From positions 23,736 to 87,735 of the forward strand of contig DATJPT010000014.1 of assembly GCA_035506275.1 (NCBI GenBank): a DNA stretch of 64,000 nt, written 5' to 3'. The translations under genes were made by a program, and so were the position numbers. Numbering within the stretch: the stretch's first letter is position 1; every line of letters starts with the position of its first letter. Of this stretch, positions 9,674 through 18,900 are shown piece by piece. The stretch comes from Bacteroidota bacterium. Its GTDB lineage: Bacteria > Bacteroidota > Ignavibacteria > UBA10030 > UBA8401. The notes beneath the pieces were generated by a model, which ran no database searches, had not been told where the DNA came from, and worked only from the letters and a program-made list of their open reading frames with translations.

Positions 9674-9960
9674 GATTCGTATCCTTTCTGCCCACGGGGT
9701 TTAAGAGCTGGAGGGCGTCACTCCACATTTTGAGTAGCCTTCCGCTAGTAAAGGCAATTCCCCCAGATGAGCCGAACATTCCGATTATTGAAGGGATCTC
9801 CTCCTGGCCTTTTGAATAAATTAAATAGATCGCACATCCTAAGAGAGAACAAAAGGAAACGATAGTGACGATCAAATACACGATTCTTTCCATCTTAAAC
9901 ATCTTAAGCAGTTTACCGATGGCTTCTACTTTCTTATCAAGATCATCTTGTTCGGCCATT
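9663..9960 (-). CDS. small membrane protein (first cassette, gene 1 of 2)
   Basis: two hydrophobic helices; 11-nt overlap with downstream TPR gene; a lone core site GTTAGGG (minus) sits ~55 nt upstream. Confidence 0.45.
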
Positions 9961-10242
9961 TTGCTCACTCTGATGAGAATATTTAATCATGGTGATCAAT
10001 CTCTGTATTCAGCCTCCGTGTGCCCTAACTATGATTAGATTGCATATGCAGGTATGCGCTGGTTTTTAGTGTGATATATTGCTCCCTGTAGGATAGATAA
10101 TAGAATAATTGAGGGATAGTCCGGTAGGTTTTTGAACGCCCCCTCGCGATTGTCTCTGCTGCAAAACTACGGCAATTCAAATACAGATGCAACTTTAGAA
10201 GGGAGCCGAATGATGGAAGTGTAATGATGGAAAAATGAAGAA

Positions 10243-10283
10243 AACAAAAAAGCCCGACGTGGGGGGACGCCGGGCTCTGACCC
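10243..10283 (-). terminator. rho-independent terminator
   Basis: minus strand gcccggcgtcccccc/acgtcgggc hairpin followed by ttttttgtttt, downstream of the T9SS gene. Confidence 0.6.
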
Positions 10284-10472
10284 TTTCTAGGTGCGACGCT
10301 CAGGGGAGGAAGCGTCACACAGGTCATTTGAATGAAAATATGAAAACGTATTTTGTTTGTCAAGAAAAATAAGACGATGTTTCGTCCGCGCTCATCACTC
10401 CCGCATAGAAACTTACTTCAGGAGTTCCATCTTACGCGTCTGGACAAATTCTCCGGACTGCAACCGGTAGAA

Positions 10473-11651
10473 TTAAGTGCCGCTTGGCAAAGAGCTGGCA
10501 GAGAAGGAAATTTCATGAATCCCAGTATTTTCTTCACCTTCGACAAGCTTCTGAACTTCTTGTCCGAGGACATTGTAGATCTTGAGCGTCATAAAACTCC
10601 GAGTTGGGAGCGAGTATTGGATTGTCGTCGTTGGATTGAACGGATTTGGATAGTTCTGGCTAAGCTCGAATTGATTCGGGATCTGGTTTGTGTGACCCTT
10701 GATTGAAGTTATCATATCCGATAACGGTCGCATCCAAACATTATTCACCGAGGTTTGAACGAAGAGGTTCGAGCCCATTACGGCCAATGATATAACACTG
10801 GTATCAGTCAATCCGGCATTAACCGTCATCCAATTCGCGCCGTTATTAGTGGAAAGGAAAACTCCGTGATCGGTTCCCGCAAAAAGATTACCGTCACTGG
10901 CGGCAAGCACATTGACCGACGATATATTCGTCAATTCGGACCAGCTTGCACCGTTGTTAGTGGAAAGAAAAAGATCACCGTTTACTCCGGCAAAAAGATT
11001 ACTGCCACAGGCGACGAGTGCATAAACAGATATTTGCGGCACATAAGAGCCCGTTGGGTTTGGCAAACCGGAATCAACCTGGGCCCAACTGTTGCCATTG
11101 TTGGTTGATAAACAAACTCCTCCCTGCGTCGCGGCAAAAACGTTTGTTCCGATAAAAGCAAAGGATAAAATGGAATAATTCGTCAAACCATCATCGCTTT
11201 GCTGCAAGGATGAAAACATATCAGTCGATAACCAAATACCATATTCCAATGATCCCAAAAATATATTGGTGCCATTGGCTGCAATAGTATAGAGGTACTC
11301 ATCCGGAAGTTCATTTTTATAATTCCAAGTTGTGCCATTATCAGTTGACAACCAAATTTGATTATAGCCATATACTGTGACAAGATCGGTATTTATACCG
11401 ACAAGAGCGGTGACGTTATGATATCCGCTGTCCTGCAGGCTCCAGCTTAAGCCGTTGTTTGTAGAAAGATAAAAACCTTCTTTTGTCCCGACAAAAAGAT
11501 TTTTGCCGCCCGCTCCATTTGAACATGTGGTAAAGTATCTCCCGCCGAAGATACTGCTGTCTATGTCGGTTTTTTGCCACTGCGCGAACAATGGATTCAT
11601 ACCTGCAACGAAAAATGTAAAAAATGCTAAGACGTAATTTTTAATCTTCAT
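10473..11651 (-). CDS. T9SS-targeted BNR/Asp-box repeat protein; T9SS C-terminal domain interrupted by an in-frame TAA (intact gene would be 10413..11651)
   Basis: signal peptide, repeated S-x-D/N-x-G-x-x-W motifs, NYPNPFNPTTTIQY T9SS motif; minus-strand reading continues after the stop as FYRLQSGEFVQTRKMELLK*. Confidence 0.7.
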   Translation of the reverse strand: MKIKNYVLAFFTFFVAGMNPLFAQWQKTDIDSSIFGGRYFTTCSNGAGGKNLFVGTKEGFYLSTNNGLSWSLQDSGYHNVTALVGINTDLVTVYGYNQIWLSTDNGTTWNYKNELPDEYLYTIAANGTNIFLGSLEYGIWLSTDMFSSLQQSDDGLTNYSILSFAFIGTNVFAATQGGVCLSTNNGNSWAQVDSGLPNPTGSYVPQISVYALVACGSNLFAGVNGDLFLSTNNGASWSELTNISSVNVLAASDGNLFAGTDHGVFLSTNNGANWMTVNAGLTDTSVISLAVMGSNLFVQTSVNNVWMRPLSDMITSIKGHTNQIPNQFELSQNYPNPFNPTTTIQYSLPTRSFMTLKIYNVLGQEVQKLVEGEENTGIHEISFSASSLPSGT

Positions 11652-11787
11652 TTATTGATCTCCTTACCCGGTAAAATTATTTTAAATGGCCGCTGGGCCC
11701 GAACACGATCAAAAGTATCGAGAGCGGATTTCAAGTGTTGAATTCCAGCCCCTTTCTGATTTGAGGGGCCGAATGGAGTTTTATTGT

Positions 11788-12171
11788 TTAATGGGGCGTA
11801 TTCGATGCCGCGCTTGAAAAGAGCAGAACCAAAAGAAGAACGGTGACCCCAACCGATCCGGCAACCCAAGCGATGGTAGTTTGGTTTTCGGCCTCTTTCG
11901 CTTTCAGGTTCCAGTCCTGTGCCGCGCGGTCATAAGCACTCTTGGCGACCGGGGGATACTCCATGGGCGGCGCGATCACCTTTCCGCGGTTCGCATCAAA
12001 CTGGTCCTGCCAGTATTCGAACCAGATAGTTTCATTCGTCTCCGTGAGGGCTGGTCGATGTTTGTATGAAATGCCAGCATGCTCTGAAGCAGTGCACGAC
12101 ATGAGCAGGAGAGATGCAATAAGCATCGGTGCCAGGAAACGTGTTGTTTCAGGAATAACTTTGGACATCAT
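11788..12171 (-). CDS. hypothetical lipoprotein/membrane protein
   Basis: N-terminal signal with Cys (LLLMSCTAS) and C-terminal TM helix. Confidence 0.4.
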   Translation of the reverse strand: MMSKVIPETTRFLAPMLIASLLLMSCTASEHAGISYKHRPALTETNETIWFEYWQDQFDANRGKVIAPPMEYPPVAKSAYDRAAQDWNLKAKEAENQTTIAWVAGSVGVTVLLLVLLFSSAASNTPH

Positions 12172-12608
12172 ATCGAACCTCCATAATTGTTTTGATAGAT
12201 TGGTTGATTAGGTTTTTGTACAGCGATTTTCACTTTTAGAAAATAAAAAGGGCGTGAACTCTACACGCTCTCAACCCAAGCCCTGTCACAGGCCCATTCT
12301 GAAAGCGCTTCGAGCCACGCCCTTTTCTAGGGCGCAGTTCGAGCAACCGTTTCAGAATTGTGAATAGTGACAGTATTCGGGTTGAAACAGTAGCCGAAGC
12401 TACGCTATGTTTTTATTTCTTTATCTAGATATTTACGATCTCCTTTTGTTTTACGTCGGTAATTTATAGGAATTAGGAGCCAACCGCAACCCGAAGAAGA
12501 GGAATATTTTGCTGAATATTTTGCTGAATTCATCGTCAAGCAAAGTTGTCGGAAGCGGCAATTTCTCCCACCTTATTTTCTATATAGGTCGATTGGTATT
12601 CTTAAACG

Positions 12609-12896
12609 ATGTCGATTCAAACATATAAAAAGATTCCGAATCTTCTCAGGAAGTATCGTAGGATCCGGGGTCTCAATCAAAAAGAGATCGCTGCCATTCT
12701 GGGCCTGAGGAGTGCCAGCCTTGTATCGAGGTGGGAGAAAGGTCGCTGCATTCCAAGTCTCATGAACGCGATCCGGCTAGCGATCCTCTGCCGGAGCATG
12801 GTCGATGCGCTCTTCTTCGATCACGTGAGAGCGCTGCGCGTGGAAATCCGTGATCGGGAGGAAAGGGTTCTCGGGACAAAGAATTCCAACCAATGA
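12609..12896 (+). CDS. XRE-family HTH transcriptional regulator
   Basis: LNQKEIAAILGLRSASLVSRWEKG HTH_XRE-like motif. Confidence 0.6.
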   Translation: MSIQTYKKIPNLLRKYRRIRGLNQKEIAAILGLRSASLVSRWEKGRCIPSLMNAIRLAILCRSMVDALFFDHVRALRVEIRDREERVLGTKNSNQ

Positions 12897-13573
12897 ACGG
12901 AATAGCGCCACAAAATGATATCAGGAAAATGGAAGACGGGGGATGGTATTGGGTCTCAAAACCAGTGATCCAGGAATATGCCCCGAAAGTCGGGTTTCTT
13001 TCTGCGTGCGTTTACCACCTCTTGGCCAGCATGGCCGACGAGAACCAGAGTTGCTATCCGTCTCAGCGCTACATCGCGGAAAAACTCGGCTGCTGCCGGT
13101 CATCCGTGTCGAGAGCCGTGAGAAAGCTAAAGGATCAGGGCCTTATCAGATCCAACGGAAAGGGGAGGGATCACTCCGTTTATCAGCTTCTGAAAGTCAG
13201 AAGTTGCACCAGTGCAATTCAGGTGTCGCACCGGTGCAATTCAGATGATGCACCAGTTGACACTAACAATACTAGTTTAACAAGAAATAATAACAACAAT
13301 GTTGTTAGTGTAAAAAAAATTAACCGACGAACGGATTCTAATGAAGAATTCAAACCGCAGACGAAAGAGGAACTCCTGGCGTTGGAAATCGCTCAGACAC
13401 TCGGTGATCCAAGGAATCCCCGGAAATATCTGCAATATACCAAGCGTTATGCCGAATCACTGCTCAGGGAGGTGTTATCTCAGGTAAAACAAACCCCGGA
13501 AGAGAAAATCAAAAAGAGCCGCGTCGCGCTCTTCGTCTACCTCGTAAACCACTATGCAAAAAGATCAGCTTAA
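12893..13573 (+). CDS. winged-helix/HTH_36-like protein (phage or plasmid replication-associated type)
   Basis: YPSQRYIAEKLGCCRSSVSRAVRKLKDQGLI motif typical of replication-initiator-type HTH domains; Asn-rich linker; overlaps neighbours by 4 and 20 nt (operon). Confidence 0.5.
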   Translation: MNGIAPQNDIRKMEDGGWYWVSKPVIQEYAPKVGFLSACVYHLLASMADENQSCYPSQRYIAEKLGCCRSSVSRAVRKLKDQGLIRSNGKGRDHSVYQLLKVRSCTSAIQVSHRCNSDDAPVDTNNTSLTRNNNNNVVSVKKINRRTDSNEEFKPQTKEELLALEIAQTLGDPRNPRKYLQYTKRYAESLLREVLSQVKQTPEEKIKKSRVALFVYLVNHYAKRSA

Positions 13574-14057
13574 TATTTTGGCGATCAACCCTGGCAGCCG
13601 GTATCTCGGCATCGCCATCTTCGTCGGAGACGAACTCCGCGATTGGGCGGTAAAGCTTGCCAGGCGGGAGAATATTCGGGAGATGATTTCGGAATATATA
13701 AATCAGTATGGTGTTCACGTTGTCGCGTTCAAGAAATTCCATCCTTCGAGAAGCTCCCGTGATCTTCGCATGATCATCTCTTTGATGCAGGAGGTCGCAA
13801 AAAAGGCCGGACTCGCGCTTCGTGAGTACTCCATCGGCGAAGTAGAAGAGGCATTGCTGCCGGAGAAGAGAAAGAACAAGCAGCTCCTGATGCAAGAAGT
13901 CGTCGCTCGATATCCCTTCCTATCGAACGAGCTTCAGCGGGAAGCGAAAAACAAAAACCCTTATCTGATTCGGATGTTTGAAACCGTCGGGATTGGGAAG
14001 GTTTGTATGAGTGAACTTGAGACTGGTGTCCGAAAGGTCGAAAAAAAACAATTATGA
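13554..14057 (+). CDS. RuvC-like resolvase paralog, catalytically degenerate
   Basis: ILAINPGSRYLGIAIF aligns with RuvC N-terminal motif but has Asn in place of the first catalytic Asp; second acidic residue and the H/D pair also missing. Confidence 0.5.
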   Translation: MQKDQLNILAINPGSRYLGIAIFVGDELRDWAVKLARRENIREMISEYINQYGVHVVAFKKFHPSRSSRDLRMIISLMQEVAKKAGLALREYSIGEVEEALLPEKRKNKQLLMQEVVARYPFLSNELQREAKNKNPYLIRMFETVGIGKVCMSELETGVRKVEKKQL

Positions 14058-14063
14058 GCGAAA

Positions 14064-14561
14064 ATGAAGAAAGCAAAAAAGATACTCGCAATTGATCCAG
14101 GGACAAAACATCTCGGTTTCGCCTTGCTAGAAGGATCTGCGCTGATTCACTACGGGGTGAAGACAATTTCGGATGGGAGAACAGGGCAATTCCGTTTGGT
14201 CCAAGGGAGAGCGATCGTTTCAAGATTGATTGAAGACTTCAATCCGGATATCCTGTTTGTCGAGAAAACATATTTTGGAAATAACAAGGACTCGAAGACC
14301 TTGAATCAGCTTACAGAGCAGATTCGAAGAATGGGATTGAAAAAGGGGGTTATAGTCCAAACCATCGCAACGAATTCGGTGAGAAAAATTGTGTGTGGTA
14401 ACGGGGAGGCAGGTAAAGAGGATGTCGCGAAAGCGATGGTATCGAAATATCCGGAGCTTCGGCCATATCTCACTTCGGACAGGCGATGGAAGGAAGAATA
14501 TCACCGGAATATGTTTGACGCGGTGGCACTTGGATTGGCCGGCTGCGGATTGGTCAAATAA
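14064..14561 (+). CDS. ruvC: crossover junction endodeoxyribonuclease RuvC-like (catalytic residues intact)
   Basis: ILAIDPGTKHLGFALL (Asp), ILFVEKTYFGNN (Glu), HRNMFDAVALGLA (His/Asp); 165 aa. Confidence 0.6.
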   Translation: MKKAKKILAIDPGTKHLGFALLEGSALIHYGVKTISDGRTGQFRLVQGRAIVSRLIEDFNPDILFVEKTYFGNNKDSKTLNQLTEQIRRMGLKKGVIVQTIATNSVRKIVCGNGEAGKEDVAKAMVSKYPELRPYLTSDRRWKEEYHRNMFDAVALGLAGCGLVK

Positions 14562-14778
14562 CAAGGCCGATTTGATTTTAGAAGTTATCGACATGCAAAA
14601 AATGGAAACCATGGTTAGATAAGTTATGCGCGGCCTGAATATCATCCATTTGAATCCTGCCTTGAATCCTGCCTTGGGACCCATGCCTTGATTATTTGAA
14701 TGTGTTTGTTTAAGTTTCCGACTGGGGCGGGGGGCTGATCCCACCTCAAAACTCACTTTCACTTATCATGGAGATCGT

Positions 14779-14946
14779 ATGCCATCGACGGGAGATACTT
14801 GCTCTGTTTCCGGGATATACGAGGTTGTTAACCACATAGCCCATCCTCATCAGATCACAATGGTCGCGGGGAAAGAGTTTCCGCCGTGCCGGGAATGCCA
14901 CCAAAAAGTCGTGTACAGGCTAGTGCGAGCAACGCAACATTGATTT
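14779..14946 (+). CDS. small (55 aa) putative zinc-ribbon protein, not in ORF track
   Basis: MPSTGDTCSVSGIYEVV...GKEFPPCRECHQKVVYRLV; a Cys pair and FPPC-x-x-C motif are all I can see; weak SD. Confidence 0.25.
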
Positions 14947-15350
14947 TAACGTTGCGGTCCGGCGTTACCATCGAACAAATAGCCGAATCCACCCAACGCC
15001 GTTGTTGATTTTTTGGAGCCAGATTTAACAATAATCTGCTCATTGGCTTGCGGGTGCCCCGCTTCTTCGCTTTCAAGATTTTCCTGAAATGTTTTGAACT
15101 ATTTTTGGGGGCGAGGGAGGATGACCATTCTTTCCGGGTAAACATTGAAAGGGGTACTATGGTAGCTTCTCAAAATGTTGTAAATGTTGAAGACCAACTC
15201 GATGGGGTCACTCCGTTGTGCCTGAGTCATTTGTTGTTCAAAAAGTATTTCTTCCTACTTTGAATTTTTGACTCAAGAAAATTGGACTATTCATTTCTTG
15301 TGAACTGGATCAAACAATCAAGAAGTCATTCATTTTAACTGGGGACACTT

Positions 15351-15908
15351 ATGATTGGACTCACGGTCTTTACATTATTTGTTTTTTTTGTTATCGCGTT
15401 GATACGCCCCAAAAAACCGGTGATCGTCTCGCACTGGCATAATCTGATCCAGGGGCTTCAATTCTCGGTCGAAGACTACTACAATGCGCTCGACGCGGTG
15501 ATCGAGAAGCGAAAAGTTCCGGAAGTAAAGGTCGAGGTCACGCATTATCGTGAGGGTGGAATCGCGTCGGCGAAAAGGATGTACTTGAGGATTGGCCGGC
15601 GAGATCACATTTTCGATGTCTGTGCCGCTCCGTTTGGGACGGATTTCTTTGTTTCTTGGTGGCTGGGGCAAAACATGAAAACCATGGGCGCTATCATCAA
15701 CGGGCTCCCGTTCATCGGCCCTCCGCTGATCAGATTGTTCAGTCCCGAAACGTTCTACCGCATAGACACGGCTCTCATGTTTCAGGATTCGGTGCATCAG
15801 GCCGTTCTTGAAGTTCTCGACGACAGGATCAAGGGGCAGGGACTCCGTTCGATGACGGAATCGGAACGGAAACCGATCATGCGCGAACTCTTCAAACAGA
15901 GGAGGTAG
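15351..15908 (+). CDS. membrane-anchored hypothetical protein (gene 1 of ATPase module)
   Basis: single N-terminal TM helix; ends 4 nt before the next gene. Confidence 0.45.
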   Translation: MIGLTVFTLFVFFVIALIRPKKPVIVSHWHNLIQGLQFSVEDYYNALDAVIEKRKVPEVKVEVTHYREGGIASAKRMYLRIGRRDHIFDVCAAPFGTDFFVSWWLGQNMKTMGAIINGLPFIGPPLIRLFSPETFYRIDTALMFQDSVHQAVLEVLDDRIKGQGLRSMTESERKPIMRELFKQRR

Positions 15909-15912
15909 GCAG

Positions 15913-18900
15913 GTGGGAGACTTTTATGCGGAAGAATTAACAAAGCAATTCTACGACTGGGAAGTGAAGGGGAGGGGCTGGCTCTTGTGGGATTCGACGA
16001 TTGAGCTCGAGCCTCCGTTCCAGCCGTTCCAATTCCATGCATCGCGCAGGGACGATCTCTTCATCGACGACGGCCGCAAATCGACCTTCCTCAGTAATCT
16101 GGCCGATGATCTTAAAAAGGCGTTCGGGAATGGGCCAAAGATGGAGCTGCCAGCGGAACCGGCGGCGGAGATCATGCCGACCGTCGATTCCGATGAGAGC
16201 GAATTGATAGAATTCGCCGTCACGCTCCCTTCCAACAGCGAATTGTCGCACGAATACGCCGAGCATTTTCTCCTTAGCCTAAGTTCCTGCTCTTCTCCCG
16301 TCAGCTTTGAGATTCTCGGAACGGAGGGTGCGATCATCGTCCAGTTCAGTTGCCGCGAGCGGGACGTTCGGTACGTGAAGCAGCAAATCAGGTCTTTCTT
16401 TCCCGATGCAACCGTCCAGGAGAAAAAATCATTTGCCGCAATCCTTGCCGAAGGTCACACCGTAATCGCCGATTGCGGGTTGAGCGATGAGTTCATGCGG
16501 CCGCTCCGCACGTATAAGAATTTCAGTCCCGACACGCTCACCACGATCTTCGGCGCTCTGGAGAATCTGGGACAGGGCGAGGTCGGCCTCGTGCAGGTTC
16601 TTTTCAAAGCGGCCGAGGCTCCCTGGGCATTGAGCATTCTGCGGGCGGTGCGGAACAACGACGGCAGTTCCTTTTTTATCGACGCGCCGGAAATGGTTGA
16701 TCTTGCGGAACAAAAAATCGACCGGCCCCTCTTCTCGGTGATTCTCCGCCTTGTCGGACAAAGCCTTTCAAGCGAACGCGCCTGGGACATCGTGAGAGAT
16801 CTTTACGCTGGGCTCCATCCGTTCACGGATCCTGCCTCCAATGAACTGATTCCCCTCACGAACGATGACTACGACGATGCGCTGCATTTCTATGACGTGA
16901 AAAATCGCACGTCCCACCGCAGCGGCATGCTTTTGAACAGCGACGAATTGCTCGGTCTCGTTCATCTTCCCTCGCCTTCGATCCATTCCTCAAAGCTCAA
17001 GCGGGATTCGGGGAAGACAAAAGCGGTTCCTTCCATTGCACGGGGGCACGCATTTGTTCTCGGTGAAAACCTCAACCGCGACTTAAAGACGAAAGCTTCT
17101 TTAAGCGTCGATCAAAGGCTCCGTCATGTTCATATCATTGGCAAAACGGGGACCGGAAAATCCACCCTCCTTCTCAATATGATCAAACAGGACATCGAAG
17201 GCGGAAGAGGAGTCGCCGTGCTCGACCCGCACGGGGACCTCGTGGAGAAGATCGAAGAAATTGTTCCCGAGAGAAGATTGGATGACGTGATTCTCTTTGA
17301 TCCAAGCGATGCCGGATATCCTGTCGGCTTCAACATCCTTGAGGCCCGTTCCGACATAGAGCAGACCGTTCTCTCATCCGATCTTACGGAACTCTTCCGG
17401 CGCTTCTCGACGAGCTGGGGAGACCAGATGACAACCGTCTTATCGAACGCGATTGAAGCGGTGCTCGGCAGCATGGAAGGTGGGACGCTGCTAGAGCTGA
17501 AACGGTTCCTCTTGGAAAATGATTTTCGCCGCTCTATCCTCCGGGCCGGAGCCGATCCTGCCGTTATTTACTTTTGGGAGAAAGAGTATCCGCTTTTAAG
17601 AGGTGGCTCACAGATATCGATCATCACGCGGCTCGACGCGATTCTGCGTTCAAAGATCGTCCGCAATATCGTGGCGCAGAGGGAAGGGCTTGATTTCAGG
17701 AAGATCATCGAGACCGGAAAAATATTCCTGGCAAAGCTCCCGCAGGGAATCATAGGCGAAGAAAATTCTTACCTTCTCGGCTCGCTCATAGTTTCCAAGT
17801 TGCACCAGGCGGTCATGGGCAGGCAGGCAATGAGCGTAAGCGAACGCACGCCGTTCTTTCTGTATATCGATGAGTTCCAGAATTTTGCGACTCCTTCCAT
17901 GATCTCGACGCTTTCAGGTTCACGAAAATACGGTTTTGGTTTGGTCTTGGCGCATCAGGACCTTCACCAGATCGCGGACGCAGCCTTGGAGAATTCGGTG
18001 ATCACGAACCCTTCGACACGCATTTGTTTTGCGTTGGGGGACAACGATGCCCAAAAGCTGGCATCGGGTTTCACTCACTTCGACGCGACGGATTTGATGA
18101 ATCTCGGCGTGGGGGAGGCAATCGTCCGGGTGGAGCGGAGCGACTATGATTTCAATCTCAAAACCTACGAAGTAACTCCGGTAGCGCCCGAGACGGCTTC
18201 AACGAGGCGTGAGAAAATAATCGCATTTACGAGAGAGCGGTACGGGCGCAAAGTGTCGCCTGTGGAGACCCAGAAGCCTCAAACCGAAACACCGCAACCG
18301 CAAAGTACCCCGGTCGAAATAAACCGAGCGCCGCAGCCGCGAGTCAAACCGAAAGAGGAGGACACTCCGAAACCGAGGCCAACTCCACCGCCTCAACGAG
18401 ACTCGATTCCTTCCGGCGATCTTACGGCACGCAAGGACATTTCGCAGCACCGGTATTTCCAAACCTTGGTCAAAAAGATGGCCGAACAACGCGGCTATAA
18501 GGCCGTGATTGAAGAGCCGAGCGGTGACGGCGGGCGGGTGGATGTCGGTTTGGAACGGGATGGAAAACGTATTGCCGTTGAAATATCTGTCACGACAGGA
18601 GATGTACAAGAGCTTCATAATATAGAGAAGTGCCTCAAGGCGGGATATAATCCGGTCGTCGTTTGTTCAACGGACAAGAAGAACCTTGAGGCGATTAGGA
18701 AGCTGATGACAGAGAAGCTGCCACCTTCTGACCAGAGCAAAGTGCTTTTCTTCGAGCCTGAAGGGCTGTTCCTTTTTCTTGATAAACCGGGGGCTGTGGA
18801 GGTCACGAGCGAACAGAAGTTTAAGGGATACCGTGTCAAAGTGCACTATCAGGCCGTTTCCGAAAGTGAGAATAGGAGGAGGCGTGAAACGGTTGCCGAG

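Larger units (their letters stand above)
2270..10029 (-). mobile_element. integron-like gene cassette array (CALIN-type; no intI in window)
   Basis: about 10 same-strand unrelated small ORFs separated by 7 full and 1 half attC-like elements with RYYYAAC/GTTRRRY cores; AT-richer than flanks. Confidence 0.65.

Noticed and set aside
10025-10706. ORFs 10025..10363 (-) and 10353..10706 (+) at the head of the cassette array, considered as possible intI or attI-associated genes
   Set aside because: They have low-complexity sequence and no tyrosine-recombinase motifs. The second overlaps the T9SS C-terminal-domain tail and terminator of the adjacent gene.
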